A stretch of DNA of 64,000 bases from Chiloscyllium plagiosum (taxonomy: Eukaryota). A program made the position numbers and the translations under genes. Under the pieces are notes generated by a model, which saw only the letters and a list, made by a program, of their open reading frames with translations, made no database searches and was not told the origin of the DNA. The stretch covers positions 26,238,811 to 26,302,810 of the forward strand of contig NC_057720.1 in NCBI RefSeq assembly GCF_004010195.1, written 5' to 3'. Below are positions 14,168-25,090 of this stretch, piece by piece. The first letter of the stretch is position 1. Each line of letters begins with the position of its first letter.

Positions 14168-14385
14168 CGATGCAACAATGTGGAAGATTGCCTACATATG
14201 TCTTATACACAAATAAAGGATGAATCCAACCCAGCCAACTAACACCTTATCAGTCAGTCATCAGTAAAGCGAGGAAAGGTGTCATCAATAGTGTTCAATG
14301 ATCCTGAGTTTGAATTCCATCTGGGCACTCAGTTCCTGATCTGATTAAGACCATAGTTCAAACATGAGCTGAATTCTAGAGATGA

Positions 14386-14724
14386 TTTGGAGTTACCGGT
14401 GTTGGACTGGGGTGTACAAAGTTAAAAATTACAAAACACCAGGTTATAGTACAACAGGTTTAATTGGAGGCACTAGCTTTTGGAGCGCTGCTCCTTCATC
14501 AGATGGTTGTGGAGTACACAATTGTAAGACACAGAATTTATAGCAAAAATTTACAGTGTGGTGTAACTGAAATTATACATTGAAAAATACCTTGATTGTT
14601 TGTTAAGTGTCTCATCTGTTAGAATGACCATTTTTTTTCACTTCTTTCATATGTAAATCACAAAACGTTTTTTAAAAGTTACATTCTTAGCTTAACTGTA
14701 ACTTGGTGTTGTGTGATTTTTAAC
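14386..14724 (-). mobile_element. PLE 3' terminus with short inverted arm and 13-bp TSD
   Basis: TSD ATTCTAGAGATGA at 14373-14385 and 14725-14737. Minus-strand motif CTGATGA-AGGAGC-AGC-GCTCC-AAAA-GC-TA at ~14484-14512. Confidence 0.85.
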
Positions 14725-17329
14725 ATTCTAGAGATGAAGTGAGAGAAACTGTCCCTGTCATCAAGACTGAATTCATCCAAGTGTGGTATCAAGGACTCAC
14801 AGCAAAATTGGAATCAGTGGGAACCAGAGGAAAACTCTCTGCTGGTTTGATTATCTGGCACATAGGAACATGGTAGTGGTTGTTAGAGGTCAGGCTTCTC
14901 TTTTCCAGGACATCTTTGCAGGAGTTCCTCAGAGCAGTGTCCTATGCCCAACCATCTTTAGCTGCTTCATCGATGACCTTCCCTCTATCATTACAGCAGA
15001 AGAGGGATGTTTGCTGATGGTTGCACAATGGCCAGTACAATTCATGAGTACTAAGATACTGGAAGCAGTTCATGTTCAAATGTAACAAGATCTGGACAAC
15101 CTCCAGGCTTTGACAGAAAAGTGGAAGGTAACGTTCACGGCACACAATGCCAGGCAATGACATTCTCCAATAAGAGACAAACTAACCCCTGCCCCATGAC
15201 ACACAATGGTGTTACCATCACTGAAACCCCACTATCAACATCATGGGGTTCACCGTTAATCAAACATTGAACTGAACTGGATTAGCTATATAACTGTAGT
15301 GGCTACAAGAACAGGTCAGAGGCTCAGAATCCTGCAGTGAGTAACGCGTCTCCTGACTCTACAAATCCTGTCCACAATCTGCAAAGCACAAGTCAGGAAT
15401 GTGATTAAATGTTCTCCACTTGCCTGGATGGGTGCAGCTCCAACAATATTCATGAAGCTTGACATCATCCAGGACAAAGGAACTGCTTGATTGCCACCAT
15501 ATCTATAAGCATCCACTACCACTCCCACCACCACCAAGAGTGCGTACTATCTAAAAGATGCAAAGAAGAAATTCACCAATGATCCTTAGGTAGCACCTTC
15601 TAAACCCTTGGCCACTACCATCTTGAAGGACAAGGGCAACAGACGCATTGGAATACTGCCATCTGGAAATTTCTACCCAAGTCTCTCACCACCTTGATTA
15701 CTGCTGGGTCAAAATCCTGAAGTTTGCTCCCTAATTGAATTTGTAGGGGCCTTCCTACTACAAATAGACTGTAGGAGTTCAAGAAGGCAGTTCACCATCA
15801 AGTTCTCAAGAGCAAATAGGGTTGGGCAATAAATGCTGGCCTGGCCAGCAATGCCCACATCTCATGAATGGATAAATGAATGAAAAAATACTTAAACATT
15901 ATGTTAAAGTCCCAGTGAACTCCAATTTTCTTTCCCCTGTGCATACGTGTTTTATTTCAGTGCTTGCCTTTGTGACAGTAAATGATTGCGAATCTTACTT
16001 TTTAAACACATAGGATGGAACCTTACCAGGACCTGAACAACATGGATGGTGGTGAAAAATTTGGAAACAAAGCGTGAAAAGTCCAATGAGGTCTCTTTTT
16101 AAAATCAGGAACCAGTCGCATTGTCCCACAGAGTTCCAGAGGTCAAAACGAGAGTCATGTTAGTGAGTGGCAAACAGTCTAGGTAATGGGGAATATCGGT
16201 TATTACCACCCTCATTATACTTAATTGCACCTCATTAATACGCAAGATGCTATTCTAGCATGGAGCTAGATAGAAGGCAGTCACTGAGAATTCCTGACAT
16301 GATACCTGGTGACTTCACCTTGATACTGGCTCCTCTGGATTGTTATCTTTGATATCCAGCACCAATATCCTAGGGCATGTACATAGGCATCAGCCATGTG
16401 CACCCACACCCACAGACACAGACACTAACATTTGACATGTGAACTACCATTGGAATGCTCCTGCAAGGACATTCTGCACAAATCACCCAATTCAGATACA
16501 GTGGACCAAGCTGCATCTTAGGACTGTTTGTTTGTTTTCCTAGCTTCACAGCATCCCTGCCTTGTCTTCCCTTGACTTTTAGCATTTTCCCCGCTGAAGC
16601 ATTGCTACCAGGCAAATGGTACTTTTGCCTTGTCTTGTGTTTTAATGCAAACACAAAGCCAACTAGCTTGCCCTGGGTGCCAGGAGTGATCAGTAAAGGG
16701 GATGGACATGTTGCTGGATAGCTCTGTGCTATGTGAATCGCAGACCTACACCATGCGCCAGTGGTATATGTGCCAAACAGATTGGATGTGTTTAAAGCTA
16801 ATGTATCAAAGTCTAATGAGAGTAGTCTGCAATGAAATTAAGATAAAAACTATTCAGTCAAGGAGTCTTGGCCCAAGAAATCCAGGCCAACCTCCAGTTT
16901 TAGTCCAGAGGCTGCAGCACAGTCATTCAGCTACTCAGAGTGGCAAGGATCATAATGATCTCTTTGCTGAAGCTGAGATGCCAAATGTTTGCCACCCCAC
17001 CACCATCATAGCATTCTCTGCCCTAATGTGGACTGTTTCTTCCCGGAACGAGAGAAATTGAATGAGATGCAATTAAGTGGCACAACTTTTAGTGCTGGAG
17101 CAGGTGTGAATAAGCAGGCAGCACAGAGACTATTCAGTGTTTGTGTTGTGGGCAATCGGGCGATTGAGACTGAATGGTGGAACATATTGCTCGCAATAAT
17201 GATTCCGTTTTACTGGAAGGATACCAGAGAACCACAGACCAGTGAGTCTGACATCAGCAGTAGGGAAGCTGTTGGAGAAAATAGTGAAAGAGAAAACTAA
17301 TCCCCATTAAAGAGACAAGATTTGGTCGG

Positions 17330-17450
17330 GGGCAGAGTGGTGCTGGAAAAGCACAGCACATCAGGCAGCATCCGAGGAGCAGGAAAATCGACGTTTCGGG
17401 CAGGAACCCTTTATCAGGAATGAGCCTGGGAGCCTCCGGGGTGGAGAGTT
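17330..17450 (-). mobile_element. PLE terminal fragment with hammerhead motif
   Basis: Reverse complement reads CTGATAA-AGGGT-TCCT-GCCC-GAAA-CG-TC-gattttcctgctcctcggatgctgcc. Confidence 0.8.
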
Positions 17451-17657
17451 GTTAGAATTTGGAATGCCCTGGCTGGGACAGAAGTGGAAGCAGATCCCAT
17501 TGGAGGTTTCAGAAGAGAACTGGATATATGTTTGAAAGGGATAAATTCCGATTGCTACAGAGATAGGGCAGGAGAATGTGACTGAGTAGCTCTTTCGGGA
17601 GTTGGTATAGACACGATGGGCTGAATAGCCACCTTCTGTACTGTATGATTCTATGAA
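17450..17657 (+). mobile_element. Old CR1-type 3' end fragment
   Basis: tttggaatgccctg..gtggaagcag..gatgggctgaatagcc..ctgtatgattctatga tail. Confidence 0.65.
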
Positions 17658-19186
17658 TTTATTCTTAATAGATGTCATTGTGCAGATGCCTGGACAATGT
17701 CGTTGTGGTAGCCATATCAAGAATCCTTTGATTAATTGCGAGAGTGACGCTACAGATCCACACTTTGAGAATCTATGAAGATTATCATTACTCCGGCCAG
17801 AGATTTATGTGCCATCAGACCATAGTACAACAACGATGTTGCTGAGAAGTTCTCTAATGACAAAGTCCGATTTTGGTTTCTCAATGGGGTGAATCTAAAG
17901 AAAGGAGACGGCTAACATTTGGAGTCCAAAGTCTCTATAATCTCTTCCAGGACATTTGCTATTGAGTGTGTATCTGTGCTGAGTACATTAGTGACAGGGA
18001 ACTTTCCTGTACTGGGACCTGGAGTATCCATACTCTTCATGGTCCTGATGAAAGTAATCATCTAAAACAGTAGGTGTTTCATTCTTCATATATTTCCAGT
18101 ATTTTCTGTCTTTATTTCTCCGTGATAGCCTACCATTGCGTCTGAAAAATAGTGCAAGATGTGAGAGACCTATAAGAGGGAGAAACATACAGCGAGTTAG
18201 GAAGGGGATGTGAAATATGAAAACGATTTGGATGACACAATCAATTGAAATTTCAACATTTTTCTACCATAAAATAATAGAACATTGGAATTATGTCCAT
18301 ATTTTCCACATGCTAACTTCCCAACATAGGGAAGCTAAATAGAGACATTGGATATTTTTCTTTGCAGAGAAGGGAAGACTTTATCACCAATGTGTTCTGA
18401 GGCAAGTGTTACTGACTAGTTTCACAGCATCTTTCTTGCTATAGATGATAGGTGATAAAAGATACCATGTCAAAAGTAATGGAAAAAATATTAAAACTTA
18501 CTAATGAAAAACGAAGTATACTACATAAAGGGAAAATAATTTAATACATTTAGAGCTCACTTGAGTTAAATTACCGGACGTATCTTGTCTGGGAATGTTA
18601 ACTTTTCAATGTTTCACTTACAGCACATGTGTAAACATTGTGCTTTATCACAATGTTGTGAAATATTTTAAAAAATACTGAGGTTACAAGAGGACAAGAA
18701 AGAAAGGATTTCCAGGAATACCTTTTGCTAATAATTGTAATTCCACACTGCAGAACCCTCTAGGGCACTAACAACTAACACGCGCTCTCCTTTAACCTCT
18801 AGCACTTGTATTTGAATGGAAATCAGACAGATGGATTGAAAGACTGTTCTTTCCAATTACTATTAGGGATCTTTAAATGACATGAGTTGAAACAGCCTCA
18901 ACCTAGCAAGTTCACACCACCAATCTCTCCATTATTCAGCACTAATTAGACAGTCTCACCCAAACCAGCCATAAAGAATGAGATTATGCTTTTTCAGCTA
19001 GATATATGGGTATGCTTCTGGAATAAGGCAAAGGAATTTTTCTCTGCATCCCTGTTACCTTGTGCCTGGTGAATTGTCTAACCCTGGCACAGCAAGCATA
19101 AAATGAATCCTTTTCTCACAAAATCATCTGCATGGCACGAGAAAGGTGAACTCTTTAGTGATCATCATTTATAAGGAATAACACAA

Positions 19187-19698
19187 TGGAAAGATGCTGT
19201 GAAACTTGAAAGGGTTCAGAAAAGATTTACAAGGATGTTGCTAGGGTTGGAGGATTTGAGTTATAGGGAGAGGCTGAACAGGCTGGGGCTGTTTTCCCTG
19301 GAACGTCGGAGGCTGAGGGGTGACCTTATAGAGGTTTACAAAATTATGAAGGGCATGGATAGGATAAATAGGCAAAGTCTTTTCCCTAGGGTGGGGGTGT
19401 CCAGAACTAGAGGGCATAGGTTTAGGGTGAGAGGGGAAAGATATAAAAGTGACCTAAGGGGCAACTTTTTCACACAGAGGGTGGTACGGGTATGGAATGA
19501 ACTGCCAGAAGAAGTGGTGGAGGGTGGCACAATTGCAATAATTAAGAGGCACTTGGATGTGTATCTGAATATGAAGGGTTTGGAAAGATATGGGTCGGGT
19601 GGGACTAGATTGAGTTGGGATATCTGGTCGACATGGACAGGTTAGACCGAAGGGTCTGCTTCCATGCTGTGCATCTCTATGATTCTATTACTCTATGA
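19187..19698 (+). mobile_element. 5'-truncated CR1 LINE 3' end
   Basis: ORF 19199-19645 has KLERVQKRFTRML..LERRRLRGDLIEVYKI..FFTQRVVRVWNELP. Tail tctatgattctattactctatg. Confidence 0.95.
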
Positions 19699-19873
19699 GA
19701 GATGCTGGAGGAGAAACTCATCTTAGTCAGCATTGCAAAGTGAATGCTATTGAATCAGCAGCCCACTTCACAATCTGAATGTTTTTAATGAATAATTAAA
19801 CCTATGAAACTGGCTGCCAGTTCACTACCACCTCTTTTGTGTTACCTTTTTTAATATATTTCACAACATTATG

Positions 19874-20320
19874 TGGGCGGCATGGTGGCTCAGTGGTTAG
19901 TACTGCTACCGCACAGCACCAGTTCGATTCCAGCCTCAGGCGACTGTCTGTGTGGAGTTTGCATATTCTCCCCGTGTCTGTGTGGGTTTCCTCCAGGTGC
20001 TCCGGTTTCCTCCCACAGCCCAAAGATGTGCAGATCAGATGAATTGGCCATACTAAATTGCCCATAGTGTTACATTAGATTCCCTAGTGTGGAAACAGGC
20101 ACTTTGGCCCAATCAGTCCACACCGACCCTCTGAAGAGTAACCCACCCAGACCCACTTCCCTCTGACTAATGCACTTATTGCAATGGGCAATTTAACATG
20201 TTAAGTACATTAGTCAGAGGGAAGTGGGTCTGGGTTGGCTACTCTTCGGAGGGTCAGTATGGACTTGTTAAGCCAAAGGGTCTGTTTCTGCACTGTAGGG
20301 AATCTAATCTAATCTAATCT
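19874..20320 (+). mobile_element. HE1-like SINE containing a nested antisense partial copy (~20073-20198)
   Basis: tRNA head at ~19880 and (ctaat)n tail at ~20300-20320. The inner reverse-complement copy is flanked by TGTTA at 20068 and 20199. Confidence 0.9.
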
Positions 20321-20799
20321 TGTGATGGAGCACAATATTTACACAAATGACATAAGTAAAACATATAAAAGTTAACTCTCACATTCAAAGTATGTCTGGT
20401 ATTTTAACTTAAGAGGCTCTAAATTTATTAAACTACTTTCCATTTATGTAGTATATTTTGATTTTTATTGATAAGCTTTAAAATATTTTTCTAAAGATTA
20501 ATTTATCCCCCACTAAAATTAGCAATGCACAGCCCAACTTAAGACAGGTTCAGTTACAATCCACTATGACAAGCAAATTGTGTGATAGACAAAGACATTC
20601 ATGTTCAGTTTTTCAACTATCTTGAACATCCTAAAACAACATCCCAATTAACTAATTCCACCACAAGTTACAATCGTTGATACACCATTGGCACAAATAT
20701 CAAGACAGATGGTCATAAAGATGACAGTTCTGCTCACTTCGAAATTATCTCCTACCTTCTTCCATGTGACTCATTTTGATGTTATTGGTAATGCATCAT

Positions 20800-21218
20800 C
20801 CAGGAAGGATGTTGTAAAACTTGAAAGGGTTCAGAAAAGTTTTACAAGGATGTTGCCAGGATTGGAGGATTTGAACTACAGGGAGAGGCTGAATAGGCTG
20901 GGGCTGTTTTCCCTGGAGCGTCAGAGGCTGAGGGGTAACCTTGTAGAGGTTTATAAAATCATGAGGGAGATGGATAGGGTGAATAGATAAGGTCTTTTCT
21001 GAGGGTAGTGGCATCCAAAACTAGAGGGCAAAGGTTTAATATGAGAAGGGAAAGATTTAAAAGGGCCCAAAGGGGCCAGTTTTTCATGCAGAAAGTGTAT
21101 GGAATGAGCTGCCAGAGGAAATGATGGAGGCTGGTAAAATTACACCATTTAAAAGGCATCTGGATGGGTATATGAATAGGAGAGGATTAGGGGGATATGG
21201 GCCAAATGCTGGCAAATA
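20800..21218 (+). mobile_element. CR1 3' fragment split by the long CR1; resumes at 25187-25272
   Basis: RKDVVKLERVQKSFTRMLPG. The 3' UTR continues after 25187 (ggatatctggccagcatggacgaagggtctgtttcc..tctatgactttatgact). AAATA occurs at 21214 and 25187. Confidence 0.88.
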
Positions 21219-21617
21219 TTGGAGTGGGAGGAGTGACAGCAAGGACCAGACGCCTGATGGGAAGGTAAAGTTAAAATATAGAAGCTTACCTCGGGAGTTC
21301 TTCAGTTTTTCCAATTGCAATTGCAATGGGAGGAGTGACAACGAGGGCCAACGGCCTGATGGGAAGATAAATTTAAAATATACAAAAACTTACCTCGTGT
21401 ATAGGCGGAGCACACACTGAGCAGGAGCAGACACTGGATTGCTGCTAAGTGAGGCTTTATATTTGGATGGTTGCTCTACCCGAAACACGACTCGGGTAAT
21501 GTCTCCCACTCATTCACCTCCTCTAACCAAAACAAAAGGTTCTGCGCACCAGATTGGTAAGGTGACTAATGTTTATTTTTTTTAGGTTTTCAGTAGTCTC
21601 ATTAGGAATTTAGAATT

Positions 21618-22535
21618 GTGGGAATGGAGGTTAGGGTAGTTGAATGTTCCTCCTGCAGAACGTGGGAGGTAAGGGTCACCAGTAGTGTCCCTGCTGACTG
21701 CATCTGTGGGAGGTGCACCCAAATCCAGCTCCTCGAAAACCGCAATAGGGAACTGGAGCTGGATCTGGATGAACTTCGGATCATTCGGGTGGCAGAGGGA
21801 GTTATTGAGTGGAGTTATAGGGAGATATTCACACCTCAGGAAAAAGAAGGTAGATGGGTTACAGTCAAGGGACGGAAAGGGAACTGGCAGGCAGTGCAGG
21901 GATCCCCTGTGGCCATTCCCCACAATAACAAGTATACCGTTTTGGATACTGTTGGGGGGAATGAAGTACCAGGGGTAAGCAATGGGGCACAGGTCACTGG
22001 CACAGAGTCTGTCCCTGTTGCTCAGAAGGGAAGGGGGAAAGGAGCAAAGCATTAGTCATTGGAGATTCCATAGTTAGGAGGACAGATAGGAGGTTCAGTG
22101 GGAATGAGAGAGACTCACAATTCATGTGTTGCCTCCCAGGTGCCAGGGTTCGTGACGTCTCTGAGCGTGTTTTCAGGATCCTTGCAAGGGAGGGGGAGCA
22201 GCCCCAAGTTGTGGTCCATATAGGCACCAACAACATAGGTAGGAAGAGAGATGGGGATTTAAGGCAGAAATGCAGGGAGCTAGGATGGAAGCTGAGAGCT
22301 AGAACAAACAGAGTGCCATGTGCTAGCGAGACAAGGAATAGGGAGAGAGAGAGAAGTTGAACATGTGGCTATGGGGATGGTGCAGGAGAGAGGGTTTTGG
22401 ATTCCTGGATAATTGGGACTCTTTCTGGGGTAGGTGGGACTTTTACAAACAGGATGGCCTTCACCTGAACCAATCTTGGGTACCAATATCCAGCGGGTGA
22501 AATTTGCTAATGCTGTTCGGGTAGGTTTAAATTAA
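21618..22535 (+). pseudogene. CR1 ORF1: zinc finger/leucine zipper plus SGNH esterase, frameshifted
   Basis: CSSC..CGRC and LLENRNRELELDLDEL, then LVIGDSIVR (~22052), CCLPGARV, VVVHIGTNN and DGLHLN. Confidence 0.9.
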
Positions 22536-22609
22536 TTCAGTAGAGGAATGGATAATGAAATTGTAGCTCCAGTATACAGGAGGTCGAGAGTAGTGAGGTT
22601 AAGAAAGGT

Positions 22610-25090
22610 CAGAAAAGGACTTTCAAGGACTCGTCTGCTGAGGTAGTATGGGCTAAGATTAGAAACAGGAAAGGAGAGGTCAGCTTGTTGGGTGTTTTCT
22701 ACAGGCCTCCAAATAGCTCCAGAGATATAGAGGAAAGAATAGTAAAGATGATTCTCGATAGGAGCGAGAGTGACAGGGTGGGGGACTTTAACTTTCCAAA
22801 TATCGACTGGGAATACTACAGTTCAAGTACATGGGTCAGCTTTTGTCTAATATGAGCAGGAGGGTTTCCTGACACAGTATGTAGACAAGCCAACAAGGGA
22901 CAAGGCTACTTTAGATTTGGTACTGGGGACTGAACCCAGCCAGGTATTTAATTTGGAGGCGGGTGAGCATTTTGGTGACAGTGACCACAATTCACTTATG
23001 TTTACTGTAGCAATGGAAAGGGATAGGTATATAACACAGGGCAAGAATTATAGCTGGTGGAAAGGCAATTACAATGTGATTATGCAAGATTTAAGCTGCA
23101 TAAGATTGGAAAGGAAACTGCAGGTGATGGGCACAATTGAAATGTGGAGCTTATTCAAGGAACTGTGTGTCGTTGATAAGTATATACCAGTCAGGCAGGG
23201 AGGAAGTTGTCAAGTGCGGGAACCATGGTTTACCAAGGAAGGTGAAGGTCTTGTCAAGAGAAAGAAGAAGGCTTATGTTAGGATGAGACCTGAAGGCTCA
23301 GTTAGGGCGCTTGAGGGTTACAAGTTAGCCAGGAGAGACCTAACGAGAGAGCGAAGATGAGCCAGGAGGGGACATGAGAAGTGTTGGCAGATAGGATCAA
23401 GGAAAACCCTAAGGCTTTCTATAGGTATATCAGAAATAAAAGAATGATTAGAGTAAGATTAGGGCCAATCAAGGATAGTAGTGGAAAGTTGTGCATGGAG
23501 TCAGAAGAGATGGGGGAAGCGCTAAATGAATGTTTTTGTCAGCATTCACACTAGAAAAAGGCAATGTTGCCGAGAAGAATATTGTGATGCAGACTACTAG
23601 ACTGGATGGGATTGAGGTTCACAAGGAGGAAGTGCTAGCAATTCTGGAAAGTGTGAAAATGGATAAATCCCATGGGCTGGATGGGATTTATCCAAGGATA
23701 TTCTTGTAAGCCAAGGAGGAGATTGTCGATCCTTTGGCTTTGATCTTTATGTCGTCATTGTCTACAGGAATAGTGCCAGAAGACTGGAGGATAGCAAATG
23801 TCATTCTCTTGTTCAAGGAGGGGAGTAACAACCCTGGTAATTATAGACCAGTGAGCCTTACTTCAGTTGTGGGTAAAATGTTGGAAAGGATTATAAGAGA
23901 CGGGACTTATAATCATCTAGAAAGGAATAAGTTGATTAGGGATAGTCAACATGGTTTTGTGAAGGGTAGGTCATGCCTCACAAATCTTACTGAGTTCTTT
24001 GAGAAGGTGACCAAATAGGTTGATGTGGGTAAAGCAGTTGATGTGGTATATATGGATTTCAGTAAGACATTTGTTAAGGTTCCCCATGGTAGGCTATTGC
24101 ATAAAACACAGAGGCATGGGATTGAGGGTGACTTAGTGGTTTGGACCAGAAATTGGCATGCTGAAAGAAGACAGAGGATGGTGGTTGATGGAAAAATTCA
24201 TCCTGGAGTTCAGTTACTAGTGGTGTACTTCAAGGATCTGTTTTGGGGTCACTGTGGTTTGCCATTTTAATAAATGACCCGGATGAGGGCATAGAAGGAT
24301 GGGTTAGTAAATTGGCGGATGACACTGAGGTCGGTAGAGTTGTGAATAGTGCCGAAGGATGTTGTAGGTTACAGAGGGACATAGATAAGCTGCAGAGCTG
24401 GGCTGAGAGGTGGCAAATGGAGATTAATACGGAAAAGTGTGAGGTGATTCACTTTGGAAGGATCAACAGGAATACAGAGTACTGAGCTAATGGCAAGATT
24501 CTTGGTAGTGTAGATGAGCAGAGATCTCCGTGTCCAGGTACATAGATTCTTGAAAGTTACCACCCAGGTTAATGAGGTTGTTATTGGTAGAGGGATTGAG
24601 TTTTGGAGCCATGAGGTCATGCTGCAGCTGTACAAAACTCAGGTGTGGCCACATTTGGAGTATTTCGTACAGTTCTGGTCACCGCATCATAGGAAGGATG
24701 TGGAAGCTTTAGAAAGGGTTCAGAGAAGATTTACTAGGATGTTGTCTGATATGAAGGAAAGGTCTTATGAGGGAAGACTCAGGGACTTGAGGCTGTTTTC
24801 ATTGGAGAGGAGAAGGTTGAGAGGTGACTTAATTGAGATGTATAAGATAATCAGAGGATTAGATAGTTTAGACATTGAGGGCTTTTTTCCTTGGATGGTG
24901 ACAGCTAGCACGAGGCAACATAGTTTTAAATTTGAGGAGTGATCGATGTCGGACACATGTCAGATGTAGTTTCTTTACTCGGAAAGTAGTAAAGGTGTGG
25001 AATGCACTGCCTGCAACAGTTGTAGCCCCTCCAACTTTAAGGGCATTTAAATGGTCATTGGATAAACATGTGGATGAGAATGGAATAGTT
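22610..25090 (+). pseudogene. CR1 ORF2: APE endonuclease C-terminal half plus reverse transcriptase, disrupted
   Basis: GDFNFPNIDW, GDSDHN, NYRPVSLTSVVGK, QHGFVKGRSCLTNL, VYMDFSK, KLADDT, HLEYFVQFWSP. Multiple stops and frameshifts. Confidence 0.92.

Larger units (their letters stand above)
12990..15890 (+). mobile_element. Decayed CR1/L2-superclade LINE (RT to 3' tail), interrupted by a solo LTR and PLE termini
   Basis: ORF 14783-15085 has GVPQSSVLCPTIFSCFIDDLPSII. The 3' tail gggcaataaatgctggcctggccagcaatgcccacatc is followed by (tgaa)n at ~15824-15885. Confidence 0.8.

Noticed and set aside
19880..19935. tRNA genes at SINE heads (also 10800, 50895, 53335, 60430)
   Set aside because: Only A/B-box-like heads that continue into SINE bodies; no complete cloverleaf.
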